A DNA stretch of 59,632 nt, the filler included. It is 8 parts of 8 records of this genome, joined end to end, with 100 filler letters (N's around TTAATTAATTAA, not from the genome) between each part and the next. Parts side by side here need not be neighbours in the genome. Positions count along the whole stretch, not along the records: positions 19,598 to 26,898 come from SRR31156797_74142; positions 26,999 to 34,148 come from SRR31156797_74171; 6 more parts are not named here. One strand, written 5' to 3'. This document shows, piece after piece, positions 20,117 through 28,474 of this stretch. The notes under the pieces are model-generated. The model saw only the letters and a program-made list of their open reading frames with translations, was not told the origin of the DNA and made no database searches. Made by a program: the position numbers and the translations under genes. Each line of letters starts with the position of its first letter. Within the stretch, counting starts at the first letter, position 1.

Positions 20117-20873
20117 TGTTCCCTCCTTGGGTCTTGTTCAGCGACCAATCGTAGGGGTTGAATCTAATTCGGATAGTCTTTTGATTCTTGATGAGTTCCG
20201 ACTTCAACGGCTCTTCGGCAAAACGAATAACAAAGGAAAGAGCATCTTCATTGAAATCCTCTGAAAACCAATCGAAGATCTTGCTGAGCCAAAGGGTTTC
20301 GTTTTCTAGCCTGTTGGAAGAGCTATCGTTAATGAATGCAATTGTCGCCTGGTTCAATTGATCATCAAGCCGATCTCCCGTGAAAGGTTCATTTTGAAGT
20401 GGAGGGCAACTCATGGAGGCACAATTGATAGCGAAATGGACACGGGGATCCCGATACTCTTTTCTTAAAATTTCATTTTCTATGTGATCTAAAGTAAGAA
20501 CCTCATCGTTAATGCGAGCGATCTTTTTTTTCCAGGGAGAGGAGAAAATGCCTCCCAGTTCCTTGATGGAATTGATTTCCGGGTACCGGGTGAGAATCAA
20601 TTTTAGCGTCCAGGCGTTGTATGCATTGATGTAGAAGGCAATTTTTTCACCTGCAGGAAGAGAACCGGGATCCACCGCTGCCAATGATTCCAAAAACTGA
20701 TCAAGAAGGGCTTCATCCTTTTGAAGTCCCTTGTAGTCCACACGACCGTCTTTTACATGTCGGATTAACAAGGTTGCGTAAGCGTTGTGGTCTACGGTTG
20801 ACGCAAGTGCAGGTGCATCAAAACAGCCGAACATAAAACAGAATGCAATCCAGAAGATATTTACCGATTTCAT
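20109..20873 (-). CDS. DUF547-domain secreted protein
   Basis: AFYINAYNA, TLDHIENEILR, DPRVHFAINCASMSCPPL, YDWSLN. Confidence 0.88.
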   Translation of the reverse strand: MKSVNIFWIAFCFMFGCFDAPALASTVDHNAYATLLIRHVKDGRVDYKGLQKDEALLDQFLESLAAVDPGSLPAGEKIAFYINAYNAWTLKLILTRYPEINSIKELGGIFSSPWKKKIARINDEVLTLDHIENEILRKEYRDPRVHFAINCASMSCPPLQNEPFTGDRLDDQLNQATIAFINDSSSNRLENETLWLSKIFDWFSEDFNEDALSFVIRFAEEPLKSELIKNQKTIRIRFNPYDWSLNKTQGGNNG

Positions 20874-21035
20874 AAGCCCTCCCCTTTAGGTCACTCTTTA
20901 AAAAGGAATTTACCTGATTCGTCGATAAACGGGGCCAGAACTTACAAAATTTCTGGAATGACTTGAAAAAAAACAACACACGTGAGAACGGACAGGATGC
21001 ATCATCGTTAACCACTTTTCACGAAGGTTGCGTGC

Positions 21036-21260
21036 TTATTCCTCACCCGGCCATGTTACCCCCGACTGCTCCTCGATGACATAACAAAAACGGTTCCAGT
21101 CGAACTCACGTTTGCTGAAAGGGCATCGCAACTTGATTTTGCGTTCTGTGATAGCCACCACTTCCCAATCCCCGTTGCGGGGACCGCCCTTAATGTTGAT
21201 TTTCTGACCGACCTTGAATGGATAAGGTTTGAAAATTGTTACATCATGGGTCTCCATCAT
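21036..21260 (-). CDS. small hypothetical protein
   Basis: RBS AGGGG upstream; co-oriented with its neighbours; plausible composition. Confidence 0.65.
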   Translation of the reverse strand: MMETHDVTIFKPYPFKVGQKINIKGGPRNGDWEVVAITERKIKLRCPFSKREFDWNRFCYVIEEQSGVTWPGEE

Positions 21261-21418
21261 TCCCCCTATTCGATCGGATAAGTTGGTCGAGATCTGCTAA
21301 AGTTTGACCCGCAAGTGCTCCGAAGGAAGTACTCTTGGATTGCATCGGTTGATATTCAAAGGAGTAATTTTTGAGCACAATGAAGATATTGATCAAATTC
21401 GCCTTTTATGGATGGGTA

Positions 21419-21631
21419 CTACTTAATTTTATCAAACTTGTCGTGCCATGCACACGCATTACAAAATGTCTCCGTTCCCTCATCAACCTGTGGACACTCT
21501 TCGTCCTCCAGGTCTTCATCAAAACAAACCACCCCCTCTTTACACTCAAATTCGTAAATATCGTAGTCGTCGTCCGGGTTTTTCACATAAAACTTCTTGC
21601 ATCCGCAAACAGGACATTTGGATTCGCTCAT
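21419..21631 (-). CDS. small acidic Cys-rich (zinc-ribbon/rubredoxin-like) protein
   Basis: RBS GGAGGAG; CPVCG...CNAC pairs; start lies just after the DUF3786 stop. Confidence 0.7.
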   Translation of the reverse strand: MSESKCPVCGCKKFYVKNPDDDYDIYEFECKEGVVCFDEDLEDEECPQVDEGTETFCNACAWHDKFDKIK

Positions 21632-21633
21632 AT

Positions 21634-22461
21634 TTACTCCTCCTTGCCACACAATAATTGACACAGCCTTTCCGCCAGAAAAACCATTGATTCAATATCC
21701 AGATGATCCGTGGCGGATTCATCAAACAGGACCTTTGCCGTTGCACTGAAACCGTCGATCAAATCCTCGTCCCAAAACAGCAGCAGCAAAGGCAAACGGG
21801 GCAATGGGGTGATAAAAATGGCAACATCCGCGTTGTTGGTCGAACCTGTCATCACTTTGCCGCCAATCCTGATCGCTGCGGATGTCAGCGCATCTATCTG
21901 CCCGTGAAATCGGTCCACCAAAGGGTTTTCCACTTGGCCGGACATCGATTTTACCTTTGAAACGGTATTGGGAAACTCTTCGAAACCTTTCCAGTTGCCC
22001 GTCGGTGTTTTGGTTCCTCCCTGGGCCATATGATTGTAGATGAACACCTTTTCCCATCGTGTCAGGGGCGTCCCATCCGATCGAACAATATCGTCCGAAG
22101 TGATCAACACATGGTCGGTAAAATAGGCCAGTTTTAAAACCAGGCCCGAGTCCGTTTCCACCAGTTTTCCGCCGATTCGAGCCGGAAGGTCTCTCAATGC
22201 CATGGAAGCCGACCGCTCTTTGGCCCACTTCAGCGCATCTTCGGCCATGTCACGCTTGGTCCATTTCCCATCTGAATATTGCTGATCAAGTTCAATGTTG
22301 CATTTCGCGATAACCTCAGCGGTCAGATAGGGACAACCGCTTAAAGGGTGTTTATCGGACACCACCATTCCGGCAAATGCAAGACAAGTTGGAAAACCGC
22401 AATCCCCGCAATTGGTTTTAGGAAGAACGTCCCTGTATAAATCAACAACAGATAGTGCCAT
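21634..22461 (-). CDS. (4Fe-4S)-binding domain plus DUF3786 protein
   Basis: LPKTNCGDCGFPTCLAFA...CPYL FeS domain; C-terminal PLPRLPLLLLFWDED...LFD...LDIE. Confidence 0.85.
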   Translation of the reverse strand: MALSVVDLYRDVLPKTNCGDCGFPTCLAFAGMVVSDKHPLSGCPYLTAEVIAKCNIELDQQYSDGKWTKRDMAEDALKWAKERSASMALRDLPARIGGKLVETDSGLVLKLAYFTDHVLITSDDIVRSDGTPLTRWEKVFIYNHMAQGGTKTPTGNWKGFEEFPNTVSKVKSMSGQVENPLVDRFHGQIDALTSAAIRIGGKVMTGSTNNADVAIFITPLPRLPLLLLFWDEDLIDGFSATAKVLFDESATDHLDIESMVFLAERLCQLLCGKEE

Positions 22462-22464
22462 GGC

Positions 22465-22920
22465 TTACCAGACCTCGGGGTATCCGATATCGGCAAACGC
22501 CGCTTCCATCTTCAACTTGTGGTCGCGCTCCATGGCGGCCAGATCCAGGAAAACCTGCTTTTTGTCACCGTCATCACATATCTCTGCCATAGCTGTATAC
22601 TGCTTCATGGCGGCCTCCTCTTTTTTCATGGCCAAGGCGAAGGCATCGGCAGGTTTCATGTCCATTGAAAGTTCCGGTTCTTCAACGGTTTCGGCAACTT
22701 TATAATCTCTCGTTTCTGAGAAATAACGATCGACAGTGTTGCTGGCAACGATTTTGGTCAGAATATCTCGATGTTTTTTCTCCTCTTCGGCAAGGGAGAA
22801 AAATAGTTTTTTCAAAATAGGATCCTGAAGCGTGTTGGCCGCATCTTCGTAAAATTTCTTAGCCTCCACCTCATTGGCAATCGCTTCTTTGATAATATCT
22901 TTGTAATCATTCAAATTCAT
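22465..22920 (-). CDS. rubrerythrin/ferritin-like di-iron protein
   Basis: AIANEVEAKKFY...EEKKH and AMKKEEAAMKQY...MERDH (two ExxH helix pairs). Confidence 0.88.
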   Translation of the reverse strand: MNLNDYKDIIKEAIANEVEAKKFYEDAANTLQDPILKKLFFSLAEEEKKHRDILTKIVASNTVDRYFSETRDYKVAETVEEPELSMDMKPADAFALAMKKEEAAMKQYTAMAEICDDGDKKQVFLDLAAMERDHKLKMEAAFADIGYPEVW

Positions 22921-22993
22921 TGTTTCCTCCTGTGGTCAAATTAGGGTTGCCGACACGCCGGTGGCGGATCGAACGCTTTTCGAATGGCGATTT

Positions 22994-23132
22994 CGCACCC
23001 ACCCAGAAATGGGCAGCTTGCCGCCTATCTTTGTTGCGCCCAAAATTTTTTTCTGAATCTTAATCATCCTTGCGAAGAAATTTATCGCACACCTTGATCT
23101 TGACCTAATTTTTCTATTTCTGGATGGACACT
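22994..23132. repeat. degenerate MITE-like element of about 140 bp
   Basis: Imperfect terminal inverted repeat: CCACCCAGAAAT on the left, ATTTCTGGATGG on the right. Confidence 0.5.
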
Positions 23133-23145
23133 GATTGTTATTTTA

Positions 23146-23161
23146 AGCAAAGGTTGTGCCA
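23146..23161 (-). promoter_or_regulatory. sigma54 -24/-12 promoter for the rubrerythrin-DUF3786 operon
   Basis: The minus strand reads TGGCACAACCTTTGCT, a near-perfect consensus. Confidence 0.8.
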
Positions 23162-23255
23162 GTTAAAAAACCGTAGCCGCATAAGAAATATTGGTGTATA
23201 AATGAGGAACTTTTCTATTCTAATTCAAAATCACCAAAAGCACAATGGAGGGACC

Positions 23256-24092
23256 ATGAACTGGCGCCCGTTTCTAACGCCCATGAAATCCATCGATACG
23301 ACACAGGCGAAATCCTACCTGTCTGAAAAAGAGGCGGATGAAGTGACAATTTTGGATGTCAGACAACCCATGGAATATGCAGCCGGGCACCTCCCCGGCG
23401 CCGTCCTGGCACCACTTCCCGAGCTTACCGATCACTTGAACCGCATCGACAAAAACAAACCGGTACTGGTTTACTGAGCTTCAGGTGCCCGCAGCCGGGT
23501 GGCTGCACAGTTACTCTCCGGTCAAGGCTTTGAAAATATTATCAACATGGCCGGTGGTATCAATGCCTGGACCAGCGAAACGGCGTTTTTGGGTGAGGAG
23601 AAGGGGCTGGCCCTTTTTGACGGTGTCACTTCGGTGGAAAGCGCATTGGCCGTAGCCTACTCGCTGGAGGCGGGATTAAAGGAATTTTATGATTCCATGG
23701 CTGAAAAGGTGGATAATGCCCCGGCGAGACAACTGTTTCACCAACTGTCTCAAATTGAAGTGAAACACCAGGACCGCATTCTGGAGCAGTACACGGAATT
23801 AACCGGGAAACCGGTTTCCCGGGATACATTTGAATCACGGCAGGTCCCGGAAGTGCTTGAAGGAGGCTTGACCACCGAAGAATATGCGAACTTATTGATG
23901 CCGTCTACCGATACGGTTGCGGATATCATTGAACTGGCCATGTCCATCGAAGCCCAGGCCCTGGATCTTTACCTGCGTGCTTCGCAACAAGCAAAAACCG
24001 ATGATGGAAAAAATGCGTTGATGCAAATTGCCAACGAAGAAAAAACACATCTTGCACGGCTGGGAGAGTTGATGGAAAAAACCATTGGGTAG
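23256..24092 (+). CDS. rhodanese-ferritin/rubrerythrin fusion, probable selenoprotein (UGA at codon 74)
   Basis: ORFs 23202-23477 and 23499-24092 are in the same frame; readthrough gives VLVY-U-ASGARS, with UGA exactly at the rhodanese catalytic Cys position; C-terminal ExxH pairs. Confidence 0.85.
23478..23508 (+). promoter_or_regulatory. candidate bacterial SECIS hairpin
   Basis: GCAGCC-GGGT-GGCTGC stem-loop; the G-initiated apical loop begins after a 19-nt spacer from the UGA. Confidence 0.65.
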
Positions 24093-24242
24093 TATTCGTT
24101 TTACATACGACATCTTTCGTCACGGGCCTTCGTTTTCGGTCGGCTGAATTCCTAAACGCAGCCCGATTGCCCTTGTTTTTATGGCAATCCCCTTTTTTAT
24201 GGCTCTTCAACCCTTTACCCATACGCCCATAGAGCTTACGAA

Positions 24243-25367
24243 ATGAAAAAAGAACTGGTTCTCATCGGTGGTGGCCACGCCCATATGGTCACGCTGGCCA
24301 ACATCGGTAAAATCGTAGAAATGGGCCATGGTGCAACCGTCATTGGTCCTTCCGACCACCACTACTATTCCGGAATGGGACCGGGCATGCTCTCTGGCAC
24401 CTACGAGCCGGAAGAAATTCGATTCGCAACCCGCCGGGTTGTCGAAGCGCAAGGCGGAAAATTCATCAAACAAAAAGCAATGCGAATTGATCCAAAAAGT
24501 AAAATCGTTATTTTGGAAAACGGAGAAAGTGTTGCCTACGATGTTCTTTCCTGTAACGCGGGCAGCCACGTCCCCACACCTGCCATCAACGGCAATCCCA
24601 AAGATCTCTATACGGTAAAACCCATCGAGCGCCTGATGGATGCCAGACGCCGGTTGACGGACCATTTCAACCGGCATGAACCCCATGTTGTCATTGTCGG
24701 TGGAGGCCCTTCCGCCGCTGAAATAGCCGGAAATGTATGGCAGCTGGCAAAAACCATCAATCATCATCTACCGAAAATCACCATATGCCCGGGGAAAGCC
24801 TTCATGTCCAGTTTCCCTGACTCCATTCGGCATCGGATTTCCATAACATTGACCCGGAGGAAGGTGACAATCCTTGAGGGAGCCTATGTTTCATCCGTTT
24901 CAGCAAAAGAGGCCCTTTTGGATAACGGTGAGACCTTACCGGCGGATTTCATTTTCCTGGCGCTGGGGGTGAACCCTTCACCTATTTTTACCGATTCAGG
25001 CCTTTCCACCGGACCGGATGGCGGGCTTTTGGTCAACCGGTATCTACAAAGTGTTCAGCATCCGGACATCTTGGGCGGGGGTGACTGCATCCATTTTAAA
25101 GACCAACCCCTGGATAAGGTAGGCGTTTATGCCGTCCGGCAGAATCCAGTGCTGTTTCATAACATCATGGCGAGACTCAATGGTGAAAAATTGCAGCGCT
25201 TCAGTCCGGGAGGTGATTATCTATTGATCTTCAACCTCGGCGGCGGTATCGGTGTCCTGAAAAAGCGCTGGCTGGAATTTGGTGGAAGGCCTGCCTTTAT
25301 GATCAAAGATTATATCGACCGCAAGTTTATGAAAGAATTTCAAGCCATAGAAGATGGAGAAACCTGA
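24243..25367 (+). CDS. NADH dehydrogenase-like FAD oxidoreductase, similar to the N-terminal domain fused to SelD
   Basis: ELVLIGGGHAH, YYSGMGPG, VKPIE, GGGPSAAE, KVGVYAVRQ, KDYIDRKFM. Confidence 0.8.
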   Translation: MKKELVLIGGGHAHMVTLANIGKIVEMGHGATVIGPSDHHYYSGMGPGMLSGTYEPEEIRFATRRVVEAQGGKFIKQKAMRIDPKSKIVILENGESVAYDVLSCNAGSHVPTPAINGNPKDLYTVKPIERLMDARRRLTDHFNRHEPHVVIVGGGPSAAEIAGNVWQLAKTINHHLPKITICPGKAFMSSFPDSIRHRISITLTRRKVTILEGAYVSSVSAKEALLDNGETLPADFIFLALGVNPSPIFTDSGLSTGPDGGLLVNRYLQSVQHPDILGGGDCIHFKDQPLDKVGVYAVRQNPVLFHNIMARLNGEKLQRFSPGGDYLLIFNLGGGIGVLKKRWLEFGGRPAFMIKDYIDRKFMKEFQAIEDGET

Positions 25368-25373
25368 AATCTG

Positions 25374-26450
25374 ATGACAGATCCGAGTCAACCATTGATG
25401 GAAGCAGAGAACCTGGCCGAAACCGCAATCGAGATTCTGTCTTCGATGCCCTTTGTATCCGCGCCACTCGCCGGCACAGGAGGAATCATCAAGGCCGTTC
25501 CGGAACACTTTGTGGTCGAAGAAAAACTGCCCTATGAAACCTGCGGCGAAGGTGAACACGTCTACGTCACCTTCCGGCGTACAGGTTGGAACACCGTCGA
25601 TGCGGCAAAGGCAATTCAAAAAAAATTAGGTCTGGCAGCCTCCGATGTCGGGTGGGGGGGGCGAAAAGATAAAACGGCGGTAGCCATTCAAACATTCTCG
25701 CTTCGCTGTGGAACAAAAAAGCCTCTATTGGATGTGGAAAAAGCACTGTCCGACCTCCCTTTTGAACTTCTCTCCATCGATCGCCACCGGAATAAAATCA
25801 AAACCGGCCATGTCGCGGCCAACCGCTTTACCATTATTCTCAGCCAACCCGAATCCGAAGCCCGATCGCGGGCCCTGGCAATTGCGCAACGGTTGAAAGA
25901 GACCGGTGTGCCGAACTTCTATGGGCCCCAGAGGTTCGGCTACCGGATGCAGAATATTTATCGCGGTTTCTCTATTTTAACATCGAAAAAAGGTAGAAAA
26001 AAAGACACCTTCATGATTTCGGCCGTCCAATCGGCGTTGTTCAATATCTGGCTCAAACAAAGGATGGAAGCGGATCATTTCAGGACGCTGATCGCCGGCG
26101 ACATCGCAAAAAAAACAGATACGGGGGGGATGTTTACGGTTGAAGATCCGGCCGTTGAATGCCCCCGTTTCGATGCAGGAGAAATCGTTTACACCGGCCC
26201 CATATTCGGGTTCAAGATGAAGAAGGGAACGGGAACGGCCGAGCAGCGGGAAATGGAAGTGCTCGACCGGTTCAACTTACCTCTAAATGCGTTTAAACGG
26301 TTCCGGGCTCCGGGTTCAAGGCGGGAGGCGATTTTAGACCTTGCCGATCTGGAGATTGACGAAGTGGCTGAAGGTCTGCAATTTATGTTCACCCTGCCCT
26401 CCGGAGCTTACGCAACAACAGTATTAAGGGAGTTTATACGCCAAGACTAG
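25374..26450 (+). CDS. truD: tRNA pseudouridine(13) synthase
   Basis: PEHFVVEE, GEGEH, GRKDKTAV (catalytic Asp), NRFTIIL, VPNFYGPQRFG, FTLPSGAYATTVLRE. Confidence 0.93.
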   Translation: MTDPSQPLMEAENLAETAIEILSSMPFVSAPLAGTGGIIKAVPEHFVVEEKLPYETCGEGEHVYVTFRRTGWNTVDAAKAIQKKLGLAASDVGWGGRKDKTAVAIQTFSLRCGTKKPLLDVEKALSDLPFELLSIDRHRNKIKTGHVAANRFTIILSQPESEARSRALAIAQRLKETGVPNFYGPQRFGYRMQNIYRGFSILTSKKGRKKDTFMISAVQSALFNIWLKQRMEADHFRTLIAGDIAKKTDTGGMFTVEDPAVECPRFDAGEIVYTGPIFGFKMKKGTGTAEQREMEVLDRFNLPLNAFKRFRAPGSRREAILDLADLEIDEVAEGLQFMFTLPSGAYATTVLREFIRQD

Positions 26451-26495
26451 GTTGTGCCCAAAATAAACGTCAAAACGGCCTCATAAGGAGACGCC

Positions 26496-26898
26496 ATGAC
26501 GCTCCTTAAAACCGGCATCCTGGATGCAATTCGCACGGACTCCGCAATCCAGATGATTGAGACGTTCGATCCTGAGGCGACCCAAAAAGAACGTTTAAAA
26601 CGTCGAAGAGAGGCGCTGGTATTCGATCTGTTTCTCACGGGTTCAAATGCGGTGACGGAGACAGGTAAGCGGGTCAACCTGGACATGGTTGGAAATCGGG
26701 TGGCCGGAATCACGTTCGGCCCCAAACATGTGGTTTTGGTGATCGGCCGCAACAAAATGGAGGCTTCACTTGACGATGCCATCCATCGCGTCAAGCATGC
26801 CGCCGCTCCGGTCAATGTCATTCGCCACACGGGATTGAAAACGCCCTGCGTGAAAACAGCCATGTGCAGCGACTGCAAAAGCCCGGACCGTATCTGCA
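26496..26898 (+). CDS. LutC/YkgG (LUD-domain) protein, apparently 5'-truncated and cut by the contig end
   Basis: DLFLTGSNAVTETG..VNLDMVGNRV..FGP, TPCVKTAMCSDCKSPDRIC; the upstream frame has a TAA at 26484. Confidence 0.7.
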
Positions 26899-26998
26899 NN
26901 NNNNNNNNNNNNNNNNNNNNNNNNNNNNNNNNNNNNNNNNNNTTAATTAATTAANNNNNNNNNNNNNNNNNNNNNNNNNNNNNNNNNNNNNNNNNNNN
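26899..26998. other. artificial contig spacer
   Basis: N44-TTAATTAATTAA-N44. Confidence 0.98.
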
Positions 26999-28236
26999 AT
27001 ACCATCTGTCTCCTTGATAATCGATTTAATGTTAAGTACGATAGTTTTCAGTCTTCCGATAAACCGATTGAATCCGGCGGCCAGAGTTCCTATCTCATCC
27101 TTCGTTCGGGCGTCCAGGGTCGCCGTCAGATCCGCATCACCTTCGGAAATTTCAGCCAGGGCATGCCCGGTTTTAATAATATTTCGGATCTGGGTTATGG
27201 AGATGATGAGTGTACTGCCGCAAAGAATGAGCAGAACAATAACACCCAGGCTGATGTTTCCGATCAGCTCTCCCCGAACCATCTTGGCCCCTCTGAGGTC
27301 GAAGGGCTGAGAAATATTGATGGCCCACTGTCCATTGGCAATGGTTTTATGGGCCACAATGATGGTCTGCCCGTCAAACTCCATGGGGAAACTGCCTCTC
27401 GCTCCGGTTAGAACCCCGAAAATACCTTCAACCTCTTCCCGGGGGACCGTAGTGTCCGAGCCCCAGACGAAATCAACAAAGGTCATGAGTTCGCTATCCG
27501 ACTCGGATAGAACCCCTTCTGCTTTCAACCGTTCGTAATCAGCATCAATAAGGATAGGACCAGTCCTGTCGTACAAACCGACAACCACCTCCAGCTCCTC
27601 CTCCAACACCTTCACCGTCTCTTTTATCTCATCCATAGAGAGGTCCATTCCAACAACACCGATGATTTTGTCCTCTTCCTCATCCAGGGCATCAAGGGCA
27701 TAGATCGGATACCCGAGAGAAACGCCGATGATCTGGTTGTCGAGATCCTCGAATTGATAGGGGGGAGTTAAACTAAACTCGTTATTGTAAACAGCCAATT
27801 GATACCAGGGGCGTTGATTGGAATGGTAGGAGGGGGGCATCGCCAGCCACTCCTTATCGATGGCCGGCTTAATTCCCTTATACCCCAGGTAGGTGTTGAT
27901 CACATCGTCTTCCAGCTCTTCTCCCGAGGCGAACTGTTCCTGCCAGACCCGGTATTCCGGGATCTCCGCCCAACGTTCAGGATCGTTTGATCCAATAACG
28001 GCCTCATAGAGATCGATCGTGGCTTTGAGCCGCGCCTGATCCTGGAGATACTGTTTTTTCTCATTCAGAGTGTCCTCAATCCGGGCACCTACATAATCAA
28101 GTTTTACTGATAAATCCCCTTGAAGATTCATCTCTGCAGCATTATGACTTCTATTTTGAAGAAATATCACCAATGCAGCTACAGCGGCAAGGGGGATCAG
28201 AATATTTATAATGATAAGCTTCGGTAAGAGTTTCAC
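26999..28236 (-). CDS. methyl-accepting chemotaxis protein (Cache plus HAMP), 3' truncated
   Basis: TM, Cache (RPWYQLA, TPPY), TM, HAMP (GDADLT...DEIGTLAAGFNRFI). Confidence 0.85.
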
Positions 28237-28474
28237 GGGAGACCTCCAAGAATAAGGCCTTCTAATACCTTATGTTTTTTATAATAATTAAAAATCACCG
28301 AAAAATCTATCCCGATGCTGAACATAATTTTCTTTCCAGAAGAGAGAGGACCTGGGAAAAACAAAAAAACGGGCCTCCTTCACTCTCTGTCACGTTTTCT
28401 GTCACGCCGCTCTGGCACAGTAGATGAAAATGGGAAAAATCCCTTGGTAAAAAACCATATTCAGGAGGCGTAAC

